Shown here: piece after piece, positions 17,801 to 26,601 of the stretch
How positions within the stretch are numbered: the stretch's first letter is position 1
How the letters are laid out: every line of letters starts with the position of its first letter
Assembly (NCBI GenBank): GCA_040755995.1
Contig: JBFMAF010000030.1
Location: 1-62,007, forward strand
From: Acidobacteriota bacterium
Lineage (GTDB): Bacteria > Acidobacteriota > CAIWXX01
Reading direction: 5' to 3'
Length of the DNA stretch: 62,007 nucleotides
Made by a program: the position numbers and the translations under genes
The notes under the pieces: generated by a model
Told to the model about the DNA's origin: nothing
The model's input: the letters and a program-made list of their open reading frames with translations, nothing else
Databases searched by the model: none

Positions 17801-18002
17801 TTCGCGTCTCCTTTTCCAGAAAGATTCCCTTGTTCATTACGTGTCCCTCACTGTCCGTGCGGCACGGCATCGCGATTATCAGCGCACGCGCCCGCCGGAG
17901 ATTGACGATTCGATCTTCTCAGTACCCTGTTCCATCCCCCTTTCATCATGGACGAACCAGATCACCTCCACTCTCCTTTCTTCTCAACTACATCACCGCA
18001 TG

Positions 18003-18065
18003 ATGATAGACAGAATCAGGTGATGAGTCTTCATGGTTGTGTAAAATGCATGTGAAGAATGTAAG
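18003..18065 (-). promoter_or_regulatory. OmpR/CpxR-type activated promoter, copy A
   Basis: Minus strand CTTACA-N3-TTCACA-N5-TTTACA-N5-ATG-AAGACT-N17-TATCAT; identical geometry at 20725 and 23440. Confidence 0.7.
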
Positions 18066-18182
18066 AAAGGAGAGGCTCCTCCGCCGGGGTGGACATCGCG
18101 GCGAGCCCGCCCGGCCGTGCTCAACCTTTCGGGAGCTCCGCGTTCAGCAGCGCGCGATCGGGCCCTCGATCACACCTCAACA

Positions 18183-18920
18183 TCAACCGACGAACTTGTA
18201 GCCCATGCCGTGCACGGTGAGAATGAACTTCGGATGCGCCGGTTGCCACTCGATCTTCTGCCTCAGTCCGGCCACGTGCACGTCGACCGTGCGGGAGTAG
18301 GGGACGGCATTGTATCCCCAGACGTGGTTCAGAACCTCGTCGCGCGAGAGTGTGGCGCCGCGATGCTCGATGAAGTAGCAGAGCAGCCTGAACTCCAGCG
18401 CCGACAGCTCCACCGGCCGCCCGCTTCGAGAGACCTCGGCTCGTCGGAAGTCCACCAGCACGTCCCCGAACACATAGCGCCCTTCTGTCGGGTGGTGCGG
18501 GGCAGGGGCGCGCCGCAGCAGCGCCTCTATCCTCGCCAACAGCTCCATCATTTCGAAAGGCTTCGTGAGATAGTCATCCGCTCCCAGCTTCAGCCCGACT
18601 ACCTTGTCCGTAACCTGCGTGCGCGCGGTCAGCATCAAGATCGGCTGCTGAAAGCCTCGCTGGCGTAGATCGCGGCAGACGTCGAAGCCGCTTTTGCGCG
18701 GGAGCATGACGTCAAGGATGACCAGGTCGAAGGAACGCCCGGACACAAGCTCGAGGCCGGATTCGCCGTCGGCCGCCGCCTCCACCGAATAGCCCTCGGC
18801 CACCAGCCGGTCGGATAGAGTCATCACAAGGGCGGCCGAATCTTCGATGAGCAGGATTCGCCTGCCGTTGGGCTCCGCGGGCCCGGCCGTTTCCGGCCCG
18901 GGGGAGGAGTTCGTCTTCAT
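18183..18920 (-). CDS. OmpR/PhoB family response regulator
   Basis: LLIEDS, DLVILDVMLP, GADDYLTKPF, SRTVDVHVAGLRQKIE, TVHGMGYKF. Confidence 0.96.
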   Translation of the reverse strand: MKTNSSPGPETAGPAEPNGRRILLIEDSAALVMTLSDRLVAEGYSVEAAADGESGLELVSGRSFDLVILDVMLPRKSGFDVCRDLRQRGFQQPILMLTARTQVTDKVVGLKLGADDYLTKPFEMMELLARIEALLRRAPAPHHPTEGRYVFGDVLVDFRRAEVSRSGRPVELSALEFRLLCYFIEHRGATLSRDEVLNHVWGYNAVPYSRTVDVHVAGLRQKIEWQPAHPKFILTVHGMGYKFVG

Positions 18921-20671
18921 CGACCGCCGTCCAGGGGCAGATGGAGCGAGAACGAGCAGCCGCCACCCGGATTACTCTCGACGCTCACGCGACCATGATG
19001 CGCCTCCGCCAGGCTATGCACAAGACTCAATCCCAGGCCGCTTCCACGAGTGCTCCGGCCGGCGTTCCGCCCGCGGTAGAACGGTTCGAAGATGTGAGGT
19101 AGATCGAGCGGAGAGATGCCTGGCCCGCGATCACGCACGGTGATCTGTACTTCGCGGCCTTTCGCTCCGTCGATCGCTCGGGCCTCTACTCCGACCCAAT
19201 GGGACTCCGATCCGTACTTGATCGCGTTGGCAATGAGGTTTCGGATCGCCCGCTGCAAGCCTGGGCGATCAGCGGTGATTTCGGGCAAGTCCGCAGCGAT
19301 CATCTTCTCGACTCGAATGTCGCGCTCTGCGACATCCGAACCGCAGTCGGCCAGAGCCGCCTCGATGACGTCGCCGACGGCGAGCCGCTGCATGGCGCGA
19401 GCACCGGCTGTGGACTGGAGCTCCGAAAACTCCATGACCTGCTCCACCAGCTCCGACAGCCGCTTCCCCTCGCTGTGGATTGCCGCCCCATACCGTTTCA
19501 CCTGTTCTCCGCCGGCCACCACTCCGTCGGCCAGGTTCTGCCCCGCCGAACATATGACGGCCAGCGGCGTCCGCAGCTCATGCGACACCCCCGCCACGAA
19601 CTCCATACGCTGCCTCGCCAGCTCTCTCGCGCGATGCGTGTAAACGAGCAGCATCACGATGCTCAGGAGGAGCAATAGCAGAGTGCCGAGGCTGATGGCA
19701 AGATTCCTGCGACGCGCCCCCGCTACGGCCGCTTCCAACGAGCCTGCGCGATGCCTGACGAGCAACTCCCATCCGCCATCCGGCTCGACCCGGCCCCACG
19801 GAGGTCCCATCCCTTCCGGGAATCGCGGCGGCGATGCAGGCCCAATGGCATCCCCGGGCGGCCTGGGCCCCTGTGGTCCACGCCGGTCTCCGAACGGAAC
19901 AGGAGCAAAGAGCGCGCAGCTCGCATCGGCCTTGTCGAAAGCAGACAGCTCGACGGAGGGGTCCGAACGGAACAGGACCCGGGGCCTGTCGTCCCGTTTC
20001 ACGACGATCACATCGTAATCCACGCCCAAGCCGCTCTGGAAGTAGCGCCGCGCCAGCTCGGGCAACACCTCCCGCTCGATGACCTCGGCATCGAGACGCA
20101 CGATGGCGAAATCGCGCGGGGGTAGATGCTCAGCGTCCCAGAATGCGTGTATCATCGTCAGGATGCGGGCATTGAATGGCATCCACGGAGGGCCCATATC
20201 TGCGGCCGGTTCCTGCGCTGGCGGAGGCGGCGCTGCCGGCGTGAGGCGAGCGCGAATCTCATCGAGCTCCGATGGCCATTCCGCGGCGCCGAATCGCCCC
20301 GACGCTGCGTCGACTCGCTCGAGAACCAGATCGCTCCCTACCTGGCGCCTGACGAAGTAGACGTCACGCACGAGGTGTGGAGACGGTGCGCTCAGCGCCC
20401 ACTGCTTGTACCGTTCCAGCAGAAAGTCCTCTCGCTCAGACGCAGGTATCAGGTGCGGCGGTCTGAAATACAGCATCACCCGGATCAGCTCCATGTTGAA
20501 GTCCTCTGCGAAACGGCCGGCGGACGCCTGGAGTCCGATCCTCATCCGGTCGAGCTCTGCACGGCTCAGTTCCCCGAGCCACCTGAATTGCAGAACGGCC
20601 AGCACCGTCACCAGAGCAACGAGAGCTGCCGCGATCGCGTAGTTGAGCATGCCGTATTTGCCGTGCTTCAT
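18917..20671 (-). CDS. Sensor histidine kinase (HisKA + HATPase_c), two TM helices
   Basis: VSHELRTPL, NLIANAIKY, DRGPGI, FEPFYRG, GSGLGLSL. ATGA overlap with the regulator. Confidence 0.95.
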   Translation of the reverse strand: MKHGKYGMLNYAIAAALVALVTVLAVLQFRWLGELSRAELDRMRIGLQASAGRFAEDFNMELIRVMLYFRPPHLIPASEREDFLLERYKQWALSAPSPHLVRDVYFVRRQVGSDLVLERVDAASGRFGAAEWPSELDEIRARLTPAAPPPPAQEPAADMGPPWMPFNARILTMIHAFWDAEHLPPRDFAIVRLDAEVIEREVLPELARRYFQSGLGVDYDVIVVKRDDRPRVLFRSDPSVELSAFDKADASCALFAPVPFGDRRGPQGPRPPGDAIGPASPPRFPEGMGPPWGRVEPDGGWELLVRHRAGSLEAAVAGARRRNLAISLGTLLLLLLSIVMLLVYTHRARELARQRMEFVAGVSHELRTPLAVICSAGQNLADGVVAGGEQVKRYGAAIHSEGKRLSELVEQVMEFSELQSTAGARAMQRLAVGDVIEAALADCGSDVAERDIRVEKMIAADLPEITADRPGLQRAIRNLIANAIKYGSESHWVGVEARAIDGAKGREVQITVRDRGPGISPLDLPHIFEPFYRGRNAGRSTRGSGLGLSLVHSLAEAHHGRVSVESNPGGGCSFSLHLPLDGGR

Positions 20672-20724
20672 CGACGATCATTGTATCAGCCCAATCTCGT
20701 GACACATACGGCTCTACGCGAGAA

Positions 20725-20787
20725 TTTACATCTCTAACAAACTCCTTTCCGAATCTTGAAGACTCGTGTGCCGCACGCGGCTAGATT
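20725..20787 (+). promoter_or_regulatory. OmpR/CpxR-type activated promoter, copy B
   Basis: TTTACA-N3-CTAACA-N5-CTTTCC-N5-TTG-AAGACT-N17-TAGATT. Confidence 0.65.
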
Positions 20788-20806
20788 CTCGGAGGAGGTA
20801 GAACAT

Positions 20807-21688
20807 ATGGGAAGAGGTCATTGGTGTTGCAGGGAAAGCGGTCGAAGAGTGTGTCTCGTTGCAGCGATGTCGCTGCTCGCCGCCGCGTTCGTGTGTCCGG
20901 CGGACGAGCCGGACCTCGAGAGCGGCTGGCTGGATCGCGCTGTGACCATAGATGGAGCCAGCGATGAATGGGAAGGTGTCCTCAAGGCGATCGAGAAGCC
21001 TGGTCTCATCGTCGGGATGCTCAACGACGAGGAGTATCTCTACATCACCGTGATTCCGCAAGGCCGGGATCTGCGAGCACAGATGCTCGGCCAGGGTTTC
21101 ATCCTGTGGCTGGATCCGGCAGGCGGCAAGAACAAGGTCTTTGGCATCAAGTTTCCTCTCGGCTTCAGCGGGCGTCCCGACATGGGCATGCCGCCGGGCG
21201 ATCCAGGCAGACTCGATCCCGCAGCCGTGGACGCCGGCTCGATGTTGGAGATCCTCGGACCCGGCAAGGACGATCGTCACCGGCTGCCGGTCGAGAACTC
21301 CGGCGGGATCGAGGTGAAGGTCACCGCGCAGGAGTGGAGGCTGGTCTACGAGATCAAGATACCTCTCGCGATGAGCGAGGAACATCAGTCTGCGATCCGC
21401 ACGCAGGCGGGTCGCCTGATCGGCGTCGGGATGGCGACCCCTGAGCTCGACCGGGAGAAGATGAAAGAGCAGATGGGTGGACGCGGCCCGGAGGGCGGTG
21501 GCACGGGCGGCCCCGGCGGTGGGTTTGGCGGGCCCGGTGGTGGCATGGGAGGCCCGCCCCCTGGCGGTGGTATGGGAGGTCCCCGGGGCGGCCCCATGGG
21601 CTCGGGCGGGCCGCCGTCCCCGCCAAAGCCGCTGAACTTCTGGATGAAGGTGCGGCTCGCATCCAGGAGTACCGCCTTGCCCGAGTGA
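20807..21688 (+). CDS. Secreted hypothetical protein with Gly/Pro-rich low-complexity tail (CBM9-like N-terminus possible)
   Basis: RBS GGAGGAGG before ATG 20807; signal-like segment; AVTIDGASDEW, NDEEYLYI, LVYEIKIPL; GGPGGG repeats. Confidence 0.75.
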   Translation: MGRGHWCCRESGRRVCLVAAMSLLAAAFVCPADEPDLESGWLDRAVTIDGASDEWEGVLKAIEKPGLIVGMLNDEEYLYITVIPQGRDLRAQMLGQGFILWLDPAGGKNKVFGIKFPLGFSGRPDMGMPPGDPGRLDPAAVDAGSMLEILGPGKDDRHRLPVENSGGIEVKVTAQEWRLVYEIKIPLAMSEEHQSAIRTQAGRLIGVGMATPELDREKMKEQMGGRGPEGGGTGGPGGGFGGPGGGMGGPPPGGGMGGPRGGPMGSGGPPSPPKPLNFWMKVRLASRSTALPE

Positions 21689-21805
21689 CCTCTGGGGCGA
21701 ATCTGTCCCCGAGGAAACACGGCGCTAGGACTCGCGGCCCGAACCCACGATCCGACGGCGTGCGCTGTATAGGCGTCGCCTCGGATCAGGTACGGAGAGT
21801 AAGTC

Positions 21806-22624
21806 ATTCAGATTCAACTGACCCGGCAGGAGAGGTTTCTCGCCCTCTCAGTGTTGATTCATGCACTGTTATTCGCAGTGCTGCTGCGAGTTCCGCCGCG
21901 CCCGGTGCACGAGCCGAAGGACACCGAGCCGAGCAAGACGCAGATGATGCTGAGACTGCAGAGAGCACCTGACGCAGATGCACCTCCCCTTCGGTTCCAG
22001 AAGCCGGGACCCGAAACCGGACGCAGACAGTCCGGCTTGCCGCCCAGTCCGCAGAGTGTCCCCGATTCCGCACCGCCCCCGGCTCCGCCGGCCGACCCGC
22101 CGGCCTCGGCCCCGATGCCCATGACAGATGAACCGCCGTCACTCTCAGTTGCCGCACCACAAGAAGAGGCTTCGCCGACTCCAGGCAATGCCAATCCATT
22201 CGCATCATCGCTTGATGATATAGCGAGGTATGTGCCGCGAGGGGCCCCTGGCGGCGGAGGGTACGGAGGGGCCTCGTCCTCGTCCCCGCGGCTCTCGGGC
22301 GACGCATCATTCGCCTTCGACAGCGGAGGGTTCGACCTGAGCGAGTGGGCTGAGTTAGTGAAGCTCAAGGTGCGCAGCAATTGGATCATTCCCACCGCAG
22401 CGCGAATGGGGATGAAGGGCATCGTCTCAATCGATCTCATCGTCGAGCGGGATGGGACAATCAGCTTCTGCGAAGAGACCGTGCCTTGCGGCGTCATCAG
22501 CATGGACTCGGCCGCCCTGAATGCGGTGCGAACCTCGAGCCCACTCCCTCCGCTCCCACAGGGCTTCCCGAAGGAGAACCTCCCTGCTCGCTTCACGTTC
22601 TACTACAACATGGACGTTGGCTAG
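21806..22624 (+). CDS. tonB: TonB family energy transducer
   Basis: TM with SVLIH, Pro-rich linker, C-terminal KVRSNWIIP...VERDGTI...MDSAALNAVRTSSPLPPLP. First canonical start is GTG 21851 inside the TM; ATT 21806 inferred. Confidence 0.8.
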   Translation: MQIQLTRQERFLALSVLIHALLFAVLLRVPPRPVHEPKDTEPSKTQMMLRLQRAPDADAPPLRFQKPGPETGRRQSGLPPSPQSVPDSAPPPAPPADPPASAPMPMTDEPPSLSVAAPQEEASPTPGNANPFASSLDDIARYVPRGAPGGGGYGGASSSSPRLSGDASFAFDSGGFDLSEWAELVKLKVRSNWIIPTAARMGMKGIVSIDLIVERDGTISFCEETVPCGVISMDSAALNAVRTSSPLPPLPQGFPKENLPARFTFYYNMDVG

Positions 22625-22820
22625 CCGCCTGCAGCCGAGCAGGTCGCTGCGGGTTGACCGTGTGTACCGAGCCGCTTCCGTGCGCCAGGGGTGCTCTATT
22701 TCGGAGGTTGGATTTCGGACACCCCGAACGGGCTGCATATCCACCCGAGAGGACAAACGGAGCCGGCAGCCAGCCCTGGGGGAGACAGGACTGGCTGCCG
22801 GTGTCGTGTGAGGGGTCTTG

Positions 22821-23330
22821 CTACCTCGGATGTGCTGGGGGGCCTGCGAGGCCGGGAGCGGGCCGCATCAACTCCATGATCTCCTCGAAGAGAGCGAGCT
22901 TCGCCCGCTGATCCTCGGTCAAGATGGCGGCGAAGGACTCCTTGCCCGCGTCCGTGGCGGAGCGGATCTGAGCTTCGATCGAATGCGCGTCGATCATGAG
23001 CTGCCCCACATCCGCGGGCTCCGCATTGCCGCTCTCGAGCTTGGTGCGGATCGACTCGTGAATACCTCTTAGCTGCGTAGCGAGCGGATCGATTGTCTTC
23101 TCGGTCTGCGTGCGTATCTGTTTCCAGGCCGACTGTTGCTTCTCAGTCAGCGAAAGAACACGTGTGAGCAACTCCACCATGTGGTCGCCAGGCCCTCCGC
23201 CAGGCGCGCCTGGCGGGCCAATGCCGGGGAATCCGCCTGGAGGCGGCTGCCCCGGAAACCCCGGTCCGGCCGACGCCATGGATGCCGCGAGAGCTATTGC
23301 AGCGAAGATCGCCGCGATTGGTTTCTTCAT
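22821..23330 (-). CDS. Spy/CpxP-like periplasmic protein (LTxxQ motifs)
   Basis: Signal MKKPIAAIFAAIALAASMASA; LSLTEKQQ and ILTEDQRAK. RBS AGGAG. Confidence 0.85.
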   Translation of the reverse strand: MKKPIAAIFAAIALAASMASAGPGFPGQPPPGGFPGIGPPGAPGGGPGDHMVELLTRVLSLTEKQQSAWKQIRTQTEKTIDPLATQLRGIHESIRTKLESGNAEPADVGQLMIDAHSIEAQIRSATDAGKESFAAILTEDQRAKLALFEEIMELMRPAPGLAGPPAHPR

Positions 23331-23439
23331 GTTTGGTGCTTCTCCTGTCAAGGCTATGTGTATCCGGTTGCAGGCAGTGACGAAAGCGATCTGTTTCTCC
23401 GATAGGCGCCCTCCTTTCCGTCGATCACATCCTGGTTCA

Positions 23440-23502
23440 AGCATAAGACCGGCGTCGCGAGATGTCTTCATCTGCGTGTAAAGGGACTGTAAGCGATGTA
23501 AA
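23440..23502 (-). promoter_or_regulatory. OmpR/CpxR-type activated promoter, copy C
   Basis: Minus strand TTTACA-N3-CTTACA-N5-TTTACA-N5-ATG-AAGACA-N17-TATGCT. Confidence 0.7.
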
Positions 23503-23634
23503 ACCTGCGGCCGGGCGCGCCGCCATGTCCGGGCGAGTGCCGGCGCAGTGTGCCGTGATCGCGCAAGAATTGATGATCTCATACTGCATGAGCTCCGTCA
23601 GGTGCACGCAGCGCGACGCTGAATGGACCCGGCC

Positions 23635-24951
23635 TCACAGGCCGAGCATCCACTGCCAGGCCGGGACCACATGCACGGGCCCGGACGGCGTCTCGAGCTC
23701 CTTGCGCGTGTGCAGTGTGATCAACGTCGCCTCCCTCACCGACAGCTCCGCCATCCCCTCGGCCAGCGCGCCGAGCTCTCGCTCCCTGGTCGCAGCTACC
23801 GATAGATCAGCGCAGACCTGGACCAGGCGAGCGGCAGCGAGATCTTCTGGAACGCCCAGCACAAAATCGATCTCTCGTCCCCCGGCCGTGACGTAGTGGG
23901 ATATCGATCCCTCGCGGCTGCCGCGCAGGCGGCGCCGCAGCTCGAGGTATACAGCCGTCTCCAGGCGCGATCCCACATCGACCACGCTGATGTGGGACAT
24001 GGCTCGGGCGAGACCCGGATCGATAGGGTAGATCTTCTTCGGGCTCATCTCCCGCACCCTTTGCGAGGCCGCGAATCGCGGGATCGCGAACGCAAGAAAC
24101 GCGTCCTCGACGTGTGCGAGGAGCGCGTGGAGCGTGTCCTTGCCCACCTCGATGCCCTGTGACCGGAACGCGTTGTATGTCTTGTTCACGGTGAAAAGCC
24201 GCCCGGTTGATTGCAGCAAGGCCCGCACGAAGCGTCGAGACGCCGCCACGTTCGAAATCCGGTGGCGTTCGACAATGTCGCGCAAGAGGACCAAGTCGAC
24301 GTAGTCCTGCAGCGTCTGAACGAGATCCGGCTCGGCCAGATTCTGCACTGCCGGGAAGCCTCCCACGTAGAGGTAGCGCAGAAACAGCGCCTCTAGCCGC
24401 GTACGGAGCCGGGCCCCAGGCAGTTGACGGGGCACCTCCACACCTGCGTGCCGCACAACCTCGCGGAAGCTGAAAGGGAGCAGCTCCACGGCGAATCCCC
24501 GCCCGCGAAACTCGGTCGACACTTCCGTCGACAGCAGCTTGGCCGACGACCCGGATGCATAGACGCGAGCGTTCTCGGTGTCGAGCACCCGGCGAAGGAA
24601 ACGCGACCAGCCATCCACCGCCTGGACCTCATCAAACAGGAGGTGCGCGCCGTCCACACGCGCGGATGGACTGAGGCGGTAGAATGTCTCGATCGCTTCC
24701 CCCAGCAGAGACACGTCGGCCGGCTGAAGGCGATCGTCCTCGAGATTGAGGTAGAGGATGCGCTGGGTCGGGACGCCCTCGGCTCGTAGACGCTGCATCT
24801 CCTGATAGAGCCGGTACGTCTTGCCGCACCGGCGGACGCCGACGACCAGATCCGCCATCCCCGGTATGACTGGCAGCTCAACATCGCGAGCCGTCAAGTC
24901 AGGGATTGATCGTTGCTGGAACTCCGCAATCAGGCTGGCAAGGCGTTCCAT
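23635..24951 (-). CDS. AAA_14 ATPase with C-terminal DUF4143 domain
   Basis: GVRRCGKT, LFDEVQ, SGSSAKLLS, GGFP, PKKIYPIDPGL, REIDFV...LVQVC. Confidence 0.9.
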   Translation of the reverse strand: MERLASLIAEFQQRSIPDLTARDVELPVIPGMADLVVGVRRCGKTYRLYQEMQRLRAEGVPTQRILYLNLEDDRLQPADVSLLGEAIETFYRLSPSARVDGAHLLFDEVQAVDGWSRFLRRVLDTENARVYASGSSAKLLSTEVSTEFRGRGFAVELLPFSFREVVRHAGVEVPRQLPGARLRTRLEALFLRYLYVGGFPAVQNLAEPDLVQTLQDYVDLVLLRDIVERHRISNVAASRRFVRALLQSTGRLFTVNKTYNAFRSQGIEVGKDTLHALLAHVEDAFLAFAIPRFAASQRVREMSPKKIYPIDPGLARAMSHISVVDVGSRLETAVYLELRRRLRGSREGSISHYVTAGGREIDFVLGVPEDLAAARLVQVCADLSVAATRERELGALAEGMAELSVREATLITLHTRKELETPSGPVHVVPAWQWMLGL

Positions 24952-25006
24952 GGTGTCCTCCTGCCAAGGACAGGTTAACGCACCGGTGTCCTTCTGTCAA
25001 GGACAG
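24952..25006 (-). promoter_or_regulatory. Sigma70 promoter overlapped by two palindromic operators TGTCCT-N7-AGGACA
   Basis: Operators at 24952-24973 and 24985-25006 (33-bp period). TTGACA (25000-24995)-N17-TAACCT (24977-24972). The proximal operator overlaps the RBS. Confidence 0.75.
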
Positions 25007-25114
25007 CAGTCCCTTGCCCCACGGCAACGCCCGTTCCGTCGCGCATAGCGAGCTGCTGCGAGGGGTGCCTGTCGCTACGGTCCCTACCCTCGGCCGCGGG
25101 CGCGTCGGGGCGCG

Positions 25115-26491
25115 CTACTTGAGAGCGTCGAGAACGTCGCCGGGGGTGATGACCGCCGCGTCGGAAGCTGCTTTCACGGACCTCTTGACCCACACGCAAC
25201 AGATCACCCTGCGCCCCTTCACGAATGGCGCTTTGACGACGCGGGCGCGCAGCTCCTGAGCGGTCGCGGCAAGCTTCGCCGCGCTGTCTGACCACTTCGC
25301 CTCGCCTATCAGCACCGCCCTGCGATCGAGGGATTCGGCGACCACGTCGAACTCTAGCGGCTTTCCATCCTCTCCTGCTCCCCACCATCGTCCAGCAGGT
25401 CCCCACTGGACCCGACCCGGCTTCAGGAACGGCACGGACATCCGAGCGAGATCCTCCCAGACTTGAGCGACGTGGCTTCTGAGAACCTCTCTCATCCCCG
25501 CTTCCACCGCATCCACTGCACCCAGCTCGAGCAGCGACTGATTGGGCGGCACCAGCCTGAAGAAGAAGGACAGAAACGGATCGTCTATCCTGTAGAACGT
25601 GTGCTTGCTGGAGCGGGCGTCTTCGCCGAAGGGCACCTCTTTCCGCACATAGCCGAGATCGATCAGGTTCGAAAGCGGCCGCGTGAGACTGCCTGCCGGC
25701 CTGCCAAGACGTCCGGCGATCTCCGAAAGGCGGCGGCAGCCGGCCCCGATCAGAGAGAGAAGCGAGTAGCTCAGTCCCGCGGTTCGCATCTCATCCAGCA
25801 ACAGGCGCGCAGGCTCTTCGTGGAGGACCCCGCGCCGGTCCAGTACCAGCTCGCGAATGGCGTTGCCCAACGAACCGCAGCTCCGGGCCAGCTCCCAGTA
25901 CCGAGGAACGCCGCCCCACACCGCGTAGCTCTGCACGGCGGCCTCCCCGCTCAATCCGAGCGCCGGCATGATCCAGCCCGGACGCAACGGTACGATCCTC
26001 AGGATTTCCTGGGCCCGGCCGTACAGCGGGGCGGTCCTGTCGAGCACGAGACCGTGCATCATCCTCTGCGATGAGCCGCACAGGAGGAGGTTTATCCCCT
26101 TGCGTCCAGGCATATCGAGCTGGCGCTGGATCAGGCTCGGGAGCTCGGGCGAAGCACCGGCCAGATACGGGAACTCATCGAGCAGCACATTCAGCCGGCG
26201 GTCCACCCGGGCGTGCAAAGAGTCGAGCAGCGAGATCCATGATCCATATTGCGCGCTGGCGAAGCCCTGGACGGCACGCCCAATCTCCTCAGCCAATGCG
26301 TGAACCTGAAGAGCGGGGTCGCGTTGGTCCGCGAGGAAGTAGACGTCATTCGCACCGGCCACCTCCTGGATGAGCCTGGACTTGCCGCAGCGACGACGGC
26401 CGTAGACGACAGCCAGGCCCCCGCCTCCTCCGCCGAGAAACCTCCTCAAGCGGCGCCTCTCGTCCTCGCGGTCCAGGAATGGAATCGTCAT
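25115..26491 (-). CDS. Archaeal-type ATPase (ATPase_2) with wHTH and DUF234 PD-(D/E)xK-like domain
   Basis: FLDREDE, YGRRRCGKS, LLDEFPYL, LCGSS, PLYGRA, GGVPRYW, GRWWG...EFDVVA...IGEAKW. Start moved to ATG 26491 from the promoter position. Confidence 0.9.
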   Translation of the reverse strand: MTIPFLDREDERRRLRRFLGGGGGGLAVVYGRRRCGKSRLIQEVAGANDVYFLADQRDPALQVHALAEEIGRAVQGFASAQYGSWISLLDSLHARVDRRLNVLLDEFPYLAGASPELPSLIQRQLDMPGRKGINLLLCGSSQRMMHGLVLDRTAPLYGRAQEILRIVPLRPGWIMPALGLSGEAAVQSYAVWGGVPRYWELARSCGSLGNAIRELVLDRRGVLHEEPARLLLDEMRTAGLSYSLLSLIGAGCRRLSEIAGRLGRPAGSLTRPLSNLIDLGYVRKEVPFGEDARSSKHTFYRIDDPFLSFFFRLVPPNQSLLELGAVDAVEAGMREVLRSHVAQVWEDLARMSVPFLKPGRVQWGPAGRWWGAGEDGKPLEFDVVAESLDRRAVLIGEAKWSDSAAKLAATAQELRARVVKAPFVKGRRVICCVWVKRSVKAASDAAVITPGDVLDALK

Positions 26492-26498
26492 GCGGAGA

Positions 26499-26528
26499 AT
26501 CATGCCACACGCACATCATGTTTGTCAA
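26499..26528 (-). promoter_or_regulatory. Putative sigma70 promoter giving a leaderless ATPase transcript
   Basis: TTGACA (26528-26523)-N18-CATGAT (26504-26499); ATG 7 nt downstream; no SD. Confidence 0.5.
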
Positions 26529-26601
26529 GCATGCTTGGCCTCCTTGATTCCACGCCGATCGGGGTGGGACCCGTGCGCCGTCGAATGTACGCGGAACCTC
26601 G

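Noticed and set aside
21470..21625. GGC/CCC-rich low-complexity tract
   Set aside because: Encodes the Gly/Pro/Met tail of the 20807 protein; not an independent repeat element.
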